32,000 nt of DNA, from positions 1,200,001-1,232,000 of the forward strand of contig NZ_CP047931.1 in assembly GCF_014280175.1 (NCBI RefSeq), written 5' to 3'. The stretch's first letter is position 1, and the number at the start of each line of letters is the position of its first letter. The notes beneath the pieces are model-generated. The model ran no database searches. It was not told the DNA's origin and was given only the letters and a program-made list of their open reading frames with translations. The position numbers and the translations under genes are program-made. Below are positions 17,157-24,774 of the stretch, piece by piece. Origin of the DNA: Synechococcus sp. A15-28. Lineage in GTDB: Bacteria; Cyanobacteriota; Cyanobacteriia; PCC-6307; Cyanobiaceae.

Positions 17157-17459
17157 ATGATGGCCGAAGCCAAAGGTGAGGCCGCCACGATCGTCGAGCA
17201 GGGTCGCTCCCAGGCGGAGGGCCTGCGCGATCTGGTGGAGTCGCTGAAGCGCTCCGGCGATGACGCCAAGCGACTGTTCCTGTTGCAGAAACTCGAACCG
17301 CTGCTGACGATGCTCAGCGACACCGTTCAGCCGATCAAGGTGGAGGAGGTGAACCTGATCGGCGAACGGGAGGGGGGGATGAACCTGTCGCTGGCCACCC
17401 TGCTGAAACAACTGCAGGAGAGCACCGGCCTGCGGTTGCCTGTCAGCGAGAGCGAATGA
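17157..17459 (+). CDS. flotillin 2 C-terminal fragment
   Basis: Same frame as 16248..17096. The 20 codons between TAG and ATG also read as flotillin (QVTQQLEADVIAPAES). The tail is LFLLQKLEPLLTMLSDTVQPIKVEEVNLI. Confidence 0.7.
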   Translation: MMAEAKGEAATIVEQGRSQAEGLRDLVESLKRSGDDAKRLFLLQKLEPLLTMLSDTVQPIKVEEVNLIGEREGGMNLSLATLLKQLQESTGLRLPVSESE

Positions 17460-17514
17460 AACGGTTCATTCGGCTACACCTTCGCCAGGATCAAATCTCG
17501 AATCCATCGTTCCC

Positions 17515-17760
17515 ATGTCGCGTGCCACCCGCCTGATCAACCGTCTCGACAAGGTGCTGGCGCGTCATGACAGCTTCGGCGACGATCCGGCGGCCTTTGT
17601 CGAGAGCGTGTTCGCCGAAATCGAAGAGCAGCTTGAACTGGTCAAGGCCAAGTCGAAGCCCGAACACTGGGCTGAGATCTATGTGGAGCGGGATCGCGCC
17701 AGGATCAAGGAGCAGGTGCTGAACCGGGTGATGGCCCGGGGGTCGGAATCAATCGACTAA
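17515..17760 (+). CDS. small hypothetical helical protein (81 aa)
   Basis: Last ORF of the plus-strand block. Its stop overlaps the 3' end of the convergent mntA by 4 nt. No motif. Confidence 0.4.
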   Translation: MSRATRLINRLDKVLARHDSFGDDPAAFVESVFAEIEEQLELVKAKSKPEHWAEIYVERDRARIKEQVLNRVMARGSESID

Positions 17761-18512
17761 ACGGAATCGTCGCTGGAGCTGTTGCCGGTCAGCAGATCCG
17801 GCGGCAAGCCACCGAAGGTCAAGGCCAGGTTCTCCGGGGTGAACACCTCGGAGGTCTCGCCATAGGCCAGAACGGTTTTATTGATCAGCACCACGAGATC
17901 ACAGAACTCGCGCACGTGGCTGAGGTCGTGGGTGGAGATCAGGATCGTGCGACCGTCCTCTCGGAACTGCATGAACAGCTCCGCCATCAGCTTTTCGGTG
18001 CGTACATCCACGCCGTTGAAGGGTTCATCCAGCAGCAGCACATCGGCACGTTGTGCAATGGCCCGCGCCAGAAAGGCACGTTTGCGCTGTCCACCGGAGA
18101 GAGCACCGATCGGCCTTGAGCGGAGATCAAACAGCTCCACCCGTTTAAGGGCATCGCGAACCGCTACACGGTCGCTACTGCGGGGGATGCGCAGCAGATT
18201 CATGGCGCCGTAACGGCCCATCATCACCACATCCCAGATGGAAACGGGGAACTGACTATCGATGCCCTCGCTCTGGGGCACGTAGGCCACCGACTGCTGA
18301 CGCTGGGCCTCCGCAACCGAAGCGCCGTTGATGCGGATGCGCCCGCGGGAAGGACGCACAAAGCCGGTGAGAGCCTTGAACAGGGTGGACTTGCCAGCAC
18401 CGTTCATGCCCACGAGGCCGCAGATGCAGCCGGCGGGCAGATGCAGGCTGGCGTCGTACAGCGCCACAGTGCCGTTGTAATCAACGCAGAGCTGATCCGC
18501 CTCGATCCGCAT
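17757..18512 (-). CDS. mntA: Mn/Zn ABC transporter ATP-binding protein
   Basis: Walker A GMNGAGKST, signature LSGGQRKR, Walker B LLLDEPFNGVD, H-loop STHD. Its ATG shares one base with the mntC stop. Confidence 0.9.
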   Translation of the reverse strand: MRIEADQLCVDYNGTVALYDASLHLPAGCICGLVGMNGAGKSTLFKALTGFVRPSRGRIRINGASVAEAQRQQSVAYVPQSEGIDSQFPVSIWDVVMMGRYGAMNLLRIPRSSDRVAVRDALKRVELFDLRSRPIGALSGGQRKRAFLARAIAQRADVLLLDEPFNGVDVRTEKLMAELFMQFREDGRTILISTHDLSHVREFCDLVVLINKTVLAYGETSEVFTPENLALTFGGLPPDLLTGNSSSDDSV

Positions 18513-19453
18513 CAGCGCTGCACCTCCAGAAGCCCGGTCCTGATCAGACTCACATTGTGGCGCTGCAGCTCGAGCAGGGAGGCTGCCGGTCCATCCGGAT
18601 CGGACAGGGAATCGACGTAAAAGCTGCCGCCGAAGCGGGCTCCAGCAGCGGCGGCCACCTCCCGCTGCGCCTTGTCAGAGACGGTGGTTTCGCAATAAAT
18701 CGTCGGGATATCACGCTCCCGAACGGTGGTGATCAGGCGGGCCATCCGTTTCGGCGTGACCTGGCTCTCCGCATTCACCGGCCAGAGGTAGGCCTCCTCG
18801 AAGCCATAGTCCTGCGTCAGATAGGAGAAGGCACCCTCACAGGTCACCAACAGGCGGCGGTCCGAAGGAATGGTGGCGAGGGCATCGCGCAGATCACGGT
18901 CCAGCTGTTGGAGCTGGGTCTTGTAGCCGGCGGCATTGGCTTCAAACTGTGTGGCGCCGGCGGGGTCGAGGTCGGAGAAAGCGTCCACCAACCGATCCAC
19001 GTAGTGCATGGTGCGCTGCGGAGACATCCAGGCGTGGGGGTTGGGCTTGCCGGCGTAGGCATCCTCCGTGATCAACAGCGGTTGCATCCCCTCCGAGAGG
19101 GTGAGGGTGGGAACGTCGCCGGCGGCGGCGGTGAACCGGCGGAACCACAGCTCGAGGCCGAGACCGTTCTCGATGATCAGGTCTGCGGAACTGGCGCGTT
19201 CGATATCACTCGGGGTGGGCTGATAGCCGTGGATTTCCGCTCCTGGCTTGACGATGGAACGCACCTGCAGACGATCTCCGGCCACATTTCGGGCCAGATC
19301 GGCCAGGACGGTGAAGCTTGTGAGAACGGTTGGCCTGGAATCCAGCGGCTGAGCCTGTTCATCACGGCTGCTGCACCCTGCCACCGCAAACAATGCCAGC
19401 AACAGAAAGCTGAGCGGATGACGCCATGCCCTCCGGAACAACGCCAAAACCAT
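18512..19453 (-). CDS. mntC: metal (Mn-type) ABC transporter substrate-binding lipoprotein, TroA/PsaA/MntC family
   Basis: Lipobox LFAVAGCSS, a cluster A-I pattern (EIHGYQPTPSD, NPHAWMSP, VTCEGAFSYLTQDYG), and no His-rich ZnuA loop. Confidence 0.85.
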   Translation of the reverse strand: MVLALFRRAWRHPLSFLLLALFAVAGCSSRDEQAQPLDSRPTVLTSFTVLADLARNVAGDRLQVRSIVKPGAEIHGYQPTPSDIERASSADLIIENGLGLELWFRRFTAAAGDVPTLTLSEGMQPLLITEDAYAGKPNPHAWMSPQRTMHYVDRLVDAFSDLDPAGATQFEANAAGYKTQLQQLDRDLRDALATIPSDRRLLVTCEGAFSYLTQDYGFEEAYLWPVNAESQVTPKRMARLITTVRERDIPTIYCETTVSDKAQREVAAAAGARFGGSFYVDSLSDPDGPAASLLELQRHNVSLIRTGLLEVQR

Positions 19454-19512
19454 TGCGTCGGCACTGACTCTTCACTGCAGGCATCATTGCCTGTGGAGAA
19501 CCCCTGAAGGGC

Positions 19513-20166
19513 ATGCGCAAGAAGGAACGGGCGCAGCTGGTGCTGGAGCGACTGAACGAGCGCTACCCGGAAACGCCGGTGCCCCTGGACCACATCGATC
19601 CATTCACGCTCCTGATCGCCGTGCTGCTCAGTGCCCAGTGCACCGACAAGAAGGTGAACGAGGTGACCCCGGCCCTGTTCGCAGCGGGGCCGAACCCTGC
19701 GGCCATGGCGCAACTGGAGGAGGGGGAGATCCTGGAACACATCCGGCAGCTGGGGCTGGCCAAGACCAAGGCCAAGAATGTCCGCCGACTGGCGCAGCTC
19801 CTGCTGCACCGTCACAACGGCGAGGTCCCCCAGAGTTTCGAGGCGCTGGAAGCACTCCCTGGGGTGGGTCACAAAACCGCGAGCGTGGTGATGTCCCAGG
19901 CCTTCGGCGTGCCGGCCTTCCCGGTGGACACCCACATCCATCGCCTGGCGCAACGCTGGGGACTGAGCAGTGGGGAGAATGTCCAGCAAACGGAAAGAGA
20001 CCTCAAAGGTCTGTTTCCCCGCGACAGCTGGAATCGCCTTCACCTGCAGATCATTTTCTATGGGCGGGAGTTCTGCACCGCCCGTGGTTGCGACGGTCGG
20101 ACCTGCCCGCTATGTCAGGAGCTGTATCCGAACCGCCGCAAACCTGTGGTCACACGCAAGGCGTGA
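19513..20166 (+). CDS. nth: endonuclease III
   Basis: HhH-GPD motif LPGVGHKTASVV, catalytic region VDTHIHR, and a C-terminal 4Fe-4S cluster CX6CX2CX5C (CTARGCDGRTCPLC). Confidence 0.9.
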   Translation: MRKKERAQLVLERLNERYPETPVPLDHIDPFTLLIAVLLSAQCTDKKVNEVTPALFAAGPNPAAMAQLEEGEILEHIRQLGLAKTKAKNVRRLAQLLLHRHNGEVPQSFEALEALPGVGHKTASVVMSQAFGVPAFPVDTHIHRLAQRWGLSSGENVQQTERDLKGLFPRDSWNRLHLQIIFYGREFCTARGCDGRTCPLCQELYPNRRKPVVTRKA

Positions 20167-20169
20167 TGA

Positions 20170-20451
20170 TCAGAGGTCGTCCTCGGCGTTGGCCTTGATG
20201 CTGCAGTCGCTGGTGGGATAACTGACGCAGAGCAAGGCAAATCCCTGGCCCATCTGGTCGTCGTCGAGGAAGCTCTGATCGGTCTGATCAACCGAGCCAC
20301 TCAACAGCTTGCCGGCACAGGTGGAGCAGGCGCCGGCGCGGCAGGAGTAGGGCAGATCCACACCGGCTTCTTCCGCGGCATCGAGGATGTAGACGTCATC
20401 GGCGCATTCGAACGTCGAACCACCTTCGATGCTGATCTTGTAGGAGGCCAT
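20170..20451 (-). CDS. petF: plant-type [2Fe-2S] ferredoxin
   Basis: 93 aa with [14 protein letters not shown]...LLCVSYP, the canonical cluster ligands. Confidence 0.9.
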   Translation of the reverse strand: MASYKISIEGGSTFECADDVYILDAAEEAGVDLPYSCRAGACSTCAGKLLSGSVDQTDQSFLDDDQMGQGFALLCVSYPTSDCSIKANAEDDL

Positions 20452-20532
20452 TCAGGAAAAACGGACTGCTCGCTTGATAGCCGCGTTGCCCACAACGTGC
20501 CGTGCCAATCGAGACATGGTCCGGGTCTTCAC

Positions 20533-21144
20533 TCAGTCGTTGTCAACAGGAGCAGATCCCAATAAGGCCAAAACCTGAACGAGGCCACTGGCCTGGTCCT
20601 TGATCACAACAGCGGCGCTCTGTTTCAGCGGTTGTATGAAATGTCGCTCACCCGGCAGCATCTCCCGAAACATCTGACGGATCACGTATCGAGGGGAGCG
20701 ATGCCGATCGCGCACATCCCGGCGCAGACGTCGCCACAGTCGCCTCGGAACGGATTCCTCCAGATAAACCACACCGCTGAACGGGAAATCATTCACCAGG
20801 TGCTGAGGTCCATAGGCGCCCTCCAGAAGGATCACGTCATAGGGCTGTTGGATGGGCCGGCGATCCACCCGGCGGGTGCGCATGTCGTAGAGGCGCAAGG
20901 TCTGGGCCTGGCCCTGACGTGCGGCGGAGAGATCAGCCCGCAACGCCTGATCATCGATGGCATCGGCCGTATCGAAGCCGAACAACGGATGGGGGCTCCA
21001 ATCCTGGCGGTAGTAGTCGTCGCAGGCGATCAGCAGCGGCTGACGACCACAGTCCTGCAGGGCTCTGCTGAGGGATGCCGCAAAGGTGGTTTTGCCGGCC
21101 GCGGAGGGACCACAAATGCAGAGGACAGGCAGGGCCGGAGTCAT
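20533..21144 (-). CDS. uridine kinase/phosphoribulokinase-family P-loop kinase
   Basis: P-loop CGPSAAGKTTFA, DDYY motif, and LLEGAY as in Udk-type kinases. Confidence 0.65.
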   Translation of the reverse strand: MTPALPVLCICGPSAAGKTTFAASLSRALQDCGRQPLLIACDDYYRQDWSPHPLFGFDTADAIDDQALRADLSAARQGQAQTLRLYDMRTRRVDRRPIQQPYDVILLEGAYGPQHLVNDFPFSGVVYLEESVPRRLWRRLRRDVRDRHRSPRYVIRQMFREMLPGERHFIQPLKQSAAVVIKDQASGLVQVLALLGSAPVDND

Positions 21145-21301
21145 GCCCCCATGCTGACAAGGCCGGAGCAGACCACAGCCTACAATTGGTAGCCGTTGTT
21201 ACAGAAGTGTCCTATGATCAAATCACGTTGAGCTTCGATCTCGGAGCTGCAGTCAGACCCACGCCAGGCAACGGGGGCATGGGCGCTGAAGAGGTGATGT
21301 C

Positions 21302-21547
21302 ATGAACACACTTCAACTGATCAAAGCCCGCACCACCCGCACCCGGGCCATGCAACGGGCACGCCTGCAGATGGCCAAGGCCTTCGACGGCACAGAACAC
21401 ATCGATACAGCCCACACGTCGGTGGGATTCGGCAAGAAGCCTCAACTGCGTTATCGCGGCGTGGCCTACGAACCGATCCAACAGAACCAGGAGGCCACCG
21501 GCGGCCGCGCACTCCGCTACCGCGGCGTGAGCTACGGGGTGTATTGA
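21302..21547 (+). CDS. DUF4278 domain protein
   Basis: Repeated L(R/T)YRGVxY motifs (LRYRGVAYEP, LRYRGVSYGVY) and an Arg-rich N-terminal helix. Confidence 0.7.
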   Translation: MNTLQLIKARTTRTRAMQRARLQMAKAFDGTEHIDTAHTSVGFGKKPQLRYRGVAYEPIQQNQEATGGRALRYRGVSYGVY

Positions 21548-21568
21548 TCCTCCAAACAACAACAGCTG

Positions 21569-21593
21569 GCGGGGGACATTCCCCCGCTTTTTT
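21569..21593 (+). terminator. rho-independent terminator
   Basis: GCGGGGG-ACATT-CCCCCGC (7-bp GC stem) followed by TTTTTT, 22 nt after the DUF4278 stop. Confidence 0.65.
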
Positions 21594-21597
21594 ATGT

Positions 21598-21711
21598 TCA
21601 GCCCTTGGGGACAAATGCCTGGGACGCCGCAATCAACAGCCCGGTGATCAGCAGAGCAGGAAGGACAACGGAAGGACCGCCGGGAGCCGTTTGAGATGCG
21701 AACAGCAGCAT
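21598..21711 (-). CDS. possible mini membrane peptide (37 aa) MLLFASQTAPGGPSVVLPALLITGLLIAASQAFVPKG
   Basis: Hand-translated, with one TM segment. It ends 4 nt from the shared hairpin. Its codon bias is only moderate. Confidence 0.2.
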   Translation of the reverse strand: MLLFASQTAPGGPSVVLPALLITGLLIAASQAFVPKG

Positions 21712-21807
21712 GGAGGGATTGAGCTGAAGTCTTCAGGCTGCCAGAACTGGAAACGGTTGGCGGCGAGCAGTCACCGTTGTGAACGAAGTCCCGCTCTTGA
21801 TCGAGGG

Positions 21808-22005
21808 TCAACAGGCAACGATCACCGGAAAGAGAAACAATTCGCCCTGAACAACCGCGCCGGAACCTGAAGCACTGGCTTTGCAGCGGGGAGAGTGCTG
21901 GGGAGCAGAAACCATCACCTCACCCATCAGCTTGCGGGGGCGAATCTGGGACTGCCGCATCCAGGCATCGGCGCGGAAGGTGGCGTAGGGAGAGCTGCTA
22001 GCCAT
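21808..22005 (-). CDS. hypothetical protein (65 aa)
   Basis: An ATG ORF with a LexA-box-like palindrome 26 nt upstream. No motif, and the product looks compositionally odd. Confidence 0.25.
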   Translation of the reverse strand: MASSSPYATFRADAWMRQSQIRPRKLMGEVMVSAPQHSPRCKASASGSGAVVQGELFLFPVIVAC

Positions 22006-22030
22006 GAAGACCTCACTGATACACCTGTTC

Positions 22031-22046
22031 TAGTTCGTCTGTACTA
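22031..22046. promoter_or_regulatory. LexA-box-like palindrome TAGTTCGTCTGTACTA
   Basis: One mismatch from the palindrome TAGTAC-N4-GTACTA, and consistent with the cyanobacterial LexA consensus RGTACNNNDGTWCB as I remember it. Confidence 0.3.
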
Positions 22047-22063
22047 GTGCGTCAACAGGCTGA

Positions 22064-22243
22064 TCAGATTCCGCAGCCACCATCGACATTGCCGTTGTCG
22101 TCATGGATCTGCTGCAGGCGCCTCAACAGATCGGCATCACCGACGATCACCCGACGGCGACCGTCCACTCCCATGTAGGTGAGCTGGCCGTTTTCATTCA
22201 CCACCAGGGCCGTCAGCGGCGTGACCGTTGGGGGCTGGTCCAT
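22064..22243 (-). CDS. small hypothetical protein (59 aa) MDQPPTVTPLTALVVNENGQLTYMGVDGRRRVIVGDADLL...
   Basis: Hand-translated, one codon below the track cutoff. It has better codon bias than the antisense track ORF 22103..22333. Confidence 0.35.
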   Translation of the reverse strand: MDQPPTVTPLTALVVNENGQLTYMGVDGRRRVIVGDADLLRRLQQIHDDNGNVDGGCGI

Positions 22244-22847
22244 GAATCAGCGAAGCGCGGGATAAGTGAAACAACCCATGCCAACTGTGGCTGTTCACGC
22301 TGCACTGAAGCTAGTTCCAGTCCTTCTCGATGACCTCATGCCCCTGGCCGCGCCGGCGCGCGCCCATCGATCGACTGCGGGACTGGTGGACCCCACCGCT
22401 GCGTCGATCGACTGCAACCACCCCTGATGCGAAGGACCAACAGCAGCTCTGGAGCAACCTGATGCAGGGCGGTTTCTGGCTTTCCTGAGACAAAACAACA
22501 ATCCCCAATCGGGTGGATCTGGATTGATCAGAAGCTGTGAACCTTGAATCAATCCACGCATTTGCCGTTGTTTCTCACAGCTTTTCCACAAACCGAAATC
22601 TCAGGACGGCCGTGCCATGCAGGGTCTTGTCCCTGATCGGGGAAAATCGCCTTTCCCCTTGACGAAGCACGAGACCGGCCTGTAGTAAGGCGCACATCCA
22701 GCCCCAGATCGCCTGCAATCACAGTGCTTGCCTCCAGCAAGAACGTTCGGATCGTCCAGGCAGCACGGTTTTGACGAAGGCCCCGCTGTTGTGTGGAGAT
22801 GGGACGGACGAAGGGAGAGAAACGACTTGCTGACCACACCGGACGCG

Positions 22848-23075
22848 ATGCCGCCACACGTGAGTGTGGAAAACCAGTTGCCGCAGGATCTGTATGAAGC
22901 CATGGGTCGATTCATCAGCAGCCATCCCCAGTGGGACCAGTACCGGCTGGTGCAGGTGGCGATCGCAGGATTCCTGTTTCAGCAGGGCTGCGACGAGCGG
23001 GTGGTGGCCCAGCACTATCTGAAGGGGTTGTTCCACCTCCAACCAGATCCATGCCGGATGGTGATCGACCGTTGA
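22848..23075 (+). CDS. DUF2811-like protein (75 aa)
   Basis: LPQDLYEAMGRFISSHPQWDQYRLVQVAIAGFLFQQG matches the DUF2811 pattern as I remember it. I chose the internal ATG at 22848. Confidence 0.6.
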   Translation: MPPHVSVENQLPQDLYEAMGRFISSHPQWDQYRLVQVAIAGFLFQQGCDERVVAQHYLKGLFHLQPDPCRMVIDR

Positions 23076-23242
23076 GCTGTGATTGCTGCACGACCCCGGG
23101 AGTGCTGCACTACAGGGTCAGAACCGATGCGCACACGGAGTGGATCTTCGTTTGCCCGAGCTGCTGGCCGCAGGTGAAGTCCCAACCCGGGTACCGCTAT
23201 GGAGGAACGCGAAAGGCGAATCGCCGGCGGCGGCGCCGTTGA
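23051..23242 (+). CDS. small Cys-rich (zinc-ribbon-like) basic protein (63 aa)
   Basis: SCDCC...VCPSCW cysteine pairs and a poly-Arg tail. It overlaps the 3' end of the DUF2811 gene. TTG 23072 is an alternative start. Confidence 0.45.
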   Translation: MPDGDRPLSCDCCTTPGVLHYRVRTDAHTEWIFVCPSCWPQVKSQPGYRYGGTRKANRRRRRR

Positions 23243-23244
23243 CG

Positions 23245-23619
23245 TCAAGCCAGCGGCTCACAGTCGTAGGCAACGATTGAGCCGCGACGCTGCAGGAATT
23301 CCGGCCGGAGGGGATCTTCAACCCGCCACCACCAGCGCCCATCAGTGTAACTGGGTGGCCCAGCGTTGGTCGTGCGCGGCAACTGCAGGGTCAGCCCCCG
23401 CCAACGGATCAGAACCCCATCTCCCGGGAGCGTGCCCGCTGAGGTGTTGGGAATTCCTCCAGGCAGACCGGTCGGATCCACCGCACCAGCGACGGTCTCC
23501 ACCGACAACGGATCACCGTCACAACGCCAGTCCGCAGCAACCGGGAGCGGCCAGAACCAGACCAGCGTCAACAGGATCACCGACAGCAGAGCGGCCACGA
23601 CAGAATTCCTTGATGACAC
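23245..23619 (-). CDS. exported hypothetical protein (possible MliC-like fold)
   Basis: GTG start and signal/anchor VVAALLSVILLTLVWFWPLPVAA. The Cys...Cys frame with SYTDGRWWW is loosely reminiscent of MliC-type proteins. Confidence 0.45.
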   Translation of the reverse strand: MSSRNSVVAALLSVILLTLVWFWPLPVAADWRCDGDPLSVETVAGAVDPTGLPGGIPNTSAGTLPGDGVLIRWRGLTLQLPRTTNAGPPSYTDGRWWWRVEDPLRPEFLQRRGSIVAYDCEPLA

Positions 23620-23996
23620 TCACCCTCGTCTACGACGGCGGCTGCCCCTTCTGCCGATCCTTCGCCCTTCGCAGCGAGCTGGTGGGCGGAATCCAGCAAC
23701 TTGTGATCCGCGATGGCCGGAGCGACAACGAACTGCGCAGCCGCCTGCAACAACAGGGGCACCGTCTTGCCGACGGGGCGATGCTGCTGGAGGGCGACAC
23801 GATCTGGCACGGCAGTGCGGCCATTGCCGAACTGTGCCGGCGGATGCAACCGAGCGATCCACTGCTGACGCTGCTGGGACAGTTGTTCCGCGATGAGGGT
23901 CGTGCTGCAGCTCTTTATCCCTCCCTGCTGCTGGCACGACGACTCGCTCTGAACGTTCAGGGCCGACCTGTGGACCCAGACGCTGAGCCGATCTGA
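23613..23996 (+). CDS. DCC1-like thiol-disulfide oxidoreductase (DUF393)
   Basis: N-terminal VYDGGCPFCRSF (the YDGxCxxC signature). I chose the start at ATG 23613; the upstream 138 codons of the track ORF are antisense to the neighbouring gene. Confidence 0.75.
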   Translation: MTLTLVYDGGCPFCRSFALRSELVGGIQQLVIRDGRSDNELRSRLQQQGHRLADGAMLLEGDTIWHGSAAIAELCRRMQPSDPLLTLLGQLFRDEGRAAALYPSLLLARRLALNVQGRPVDPDAEPI

Positions 23997-24037
23997 CCAG
24001 CACCTGGGGTGGCATTCGGACCCCGTGCGGGACTACG

Positions 24038-24358
24038 GTGAAACCAGTCCTTCAGATTTGCTTAAGCATCGACTCCGACCCCCTGGTTCCTGACGCCCTG
24101 AGCCGCCAACAGCTCAGCTCTCTGCTCAAAGCGGCGACCGAGGGAGCGGAGGCGCGGTTGCAGAGCATTGATGAAGACGAACTTCTGCGGGCGGCCCTGA
24201 GCGCCTGGGCCGATCAAACCAAGGAGCTGCTTCAGTGGCTTGAAAGCCAGGGAGACGCTGTCAGCGACACCAGATCAACGAAGCAGGTGATGGCGTTGGG
24301 CAGTTTCCGCACCCATCTGGTGATGGGGCTCAAAGCCTTGCGTTACGCCGAAAGCTGA
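24038..24358 (+). CDS. hypothetical helical protein (106 aa, GTG start)
   Basis: ORF only. No motif. Confidence 0.35.
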   Translation: MKPVLQICLSIDSDPLVPDALSRQQLSSLLKAATEGAEARLQSIDEDELLRAALSAWADQTKELLQWLESQGDAVSDTRSTKQVMALGSFRTHLVMGLKALRYAES

Positions 24359-24540
24359 TCACACCCGGTTTCAGCAGGCCTGTTCAAGCTCCAGGGTGAG
24401 GCCGGCATCAACCTGTTCTTCAAAATCCTTGAGCTCAGCATTGAGCTCCATCAACATCACGGCCAAAGCCGTGGCGAATTCACAACAAAAATCGTCCGTC
24501 ACAGTGTCTCAGAACGGGACCCAGTTGTTCTAGAGACAGG

Positions 24541-24774
24541 ATGTGCGCGGCCGTGGCATTGCTCAACCGTCCGTCACATACCAAGGAATCAGGCCACGAG
24601 ATGAACACTGAACAGCTCGGTATCAAGCTTCAACTGATGCATCCGCTCGCGGATTCCCTGACAGTCTCGGCAGGAGCATTGCTCTTGACCGACTTCAACA
24701 CGATGCAAGAGAAGCGGAAGGATCTGATCTTCGTCCTCGTAAAAAAAAGGCATGATTCGGCCGGCACAGAATAA
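24541..24774 (+). CDS. hypothetical ORF (possibly the 5' part of a frameshifted gene)
   Basis: Lower-GC region. The ORF ends shortly after an A8 run at 24741-24748. Confidence 0.2.
   Translation: MCAAVALLNRPSHTKESGHEMNTEQLGIKLQLMHPLADSLTVSAGALLLTDFNTMQEKRKDLIFVLVKKRHDSAGTE

Noticed and set aside
15555-17411. Minus-strand ORFs 15555..16124, 15565..16236, 16167..16835 and 16890..17411
   Set aside because: They are antisense shadows of the flotillin coiled-coil regions. The repetitive GAG/GCC/CAG codons give open frames on the opposite strand.
19477-19492. Inverted repeat CAGGCA-TCAT-TGCCTG in the mntC-nth divergent intergenic region as a possible metal-regulator operator
   Set aside because: It has only 6-bp arms, I could recall no match to a known Fur/Mur/Zur or ManR site, and it is too short to separate from chance.
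18557-19507. 316-aa plus-strand ORF over mntC, and similarly 19177..20043 (minus) over nth and 7606..8406 (plus) over the methyltransferase and hli
   Set aside because: All three are antisense to genes with strong family signatures, and their products are Gly/Arg/His-rich with no motifs.
21218-21811. 197-aa minus-strand ORF
   Set aside because: Most of it is antisense to the DUF4278 gene and crosses its terminator. It has a TTG start and no motif. I also tried joining it to 21808..22005 by a frameshift, but that gave nothing recognisable.
23199-23612. Upstream 138 codons of the DCC1-like track ORF (23199..23996)
   Set aside because: It is antisense to the signal-peptide protein 23245..23619 and is Pro/Ser/Arg-rich. 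The conserved YDGGCPFC motif sits at the N-terminus when the protein starts at ATG 23613.
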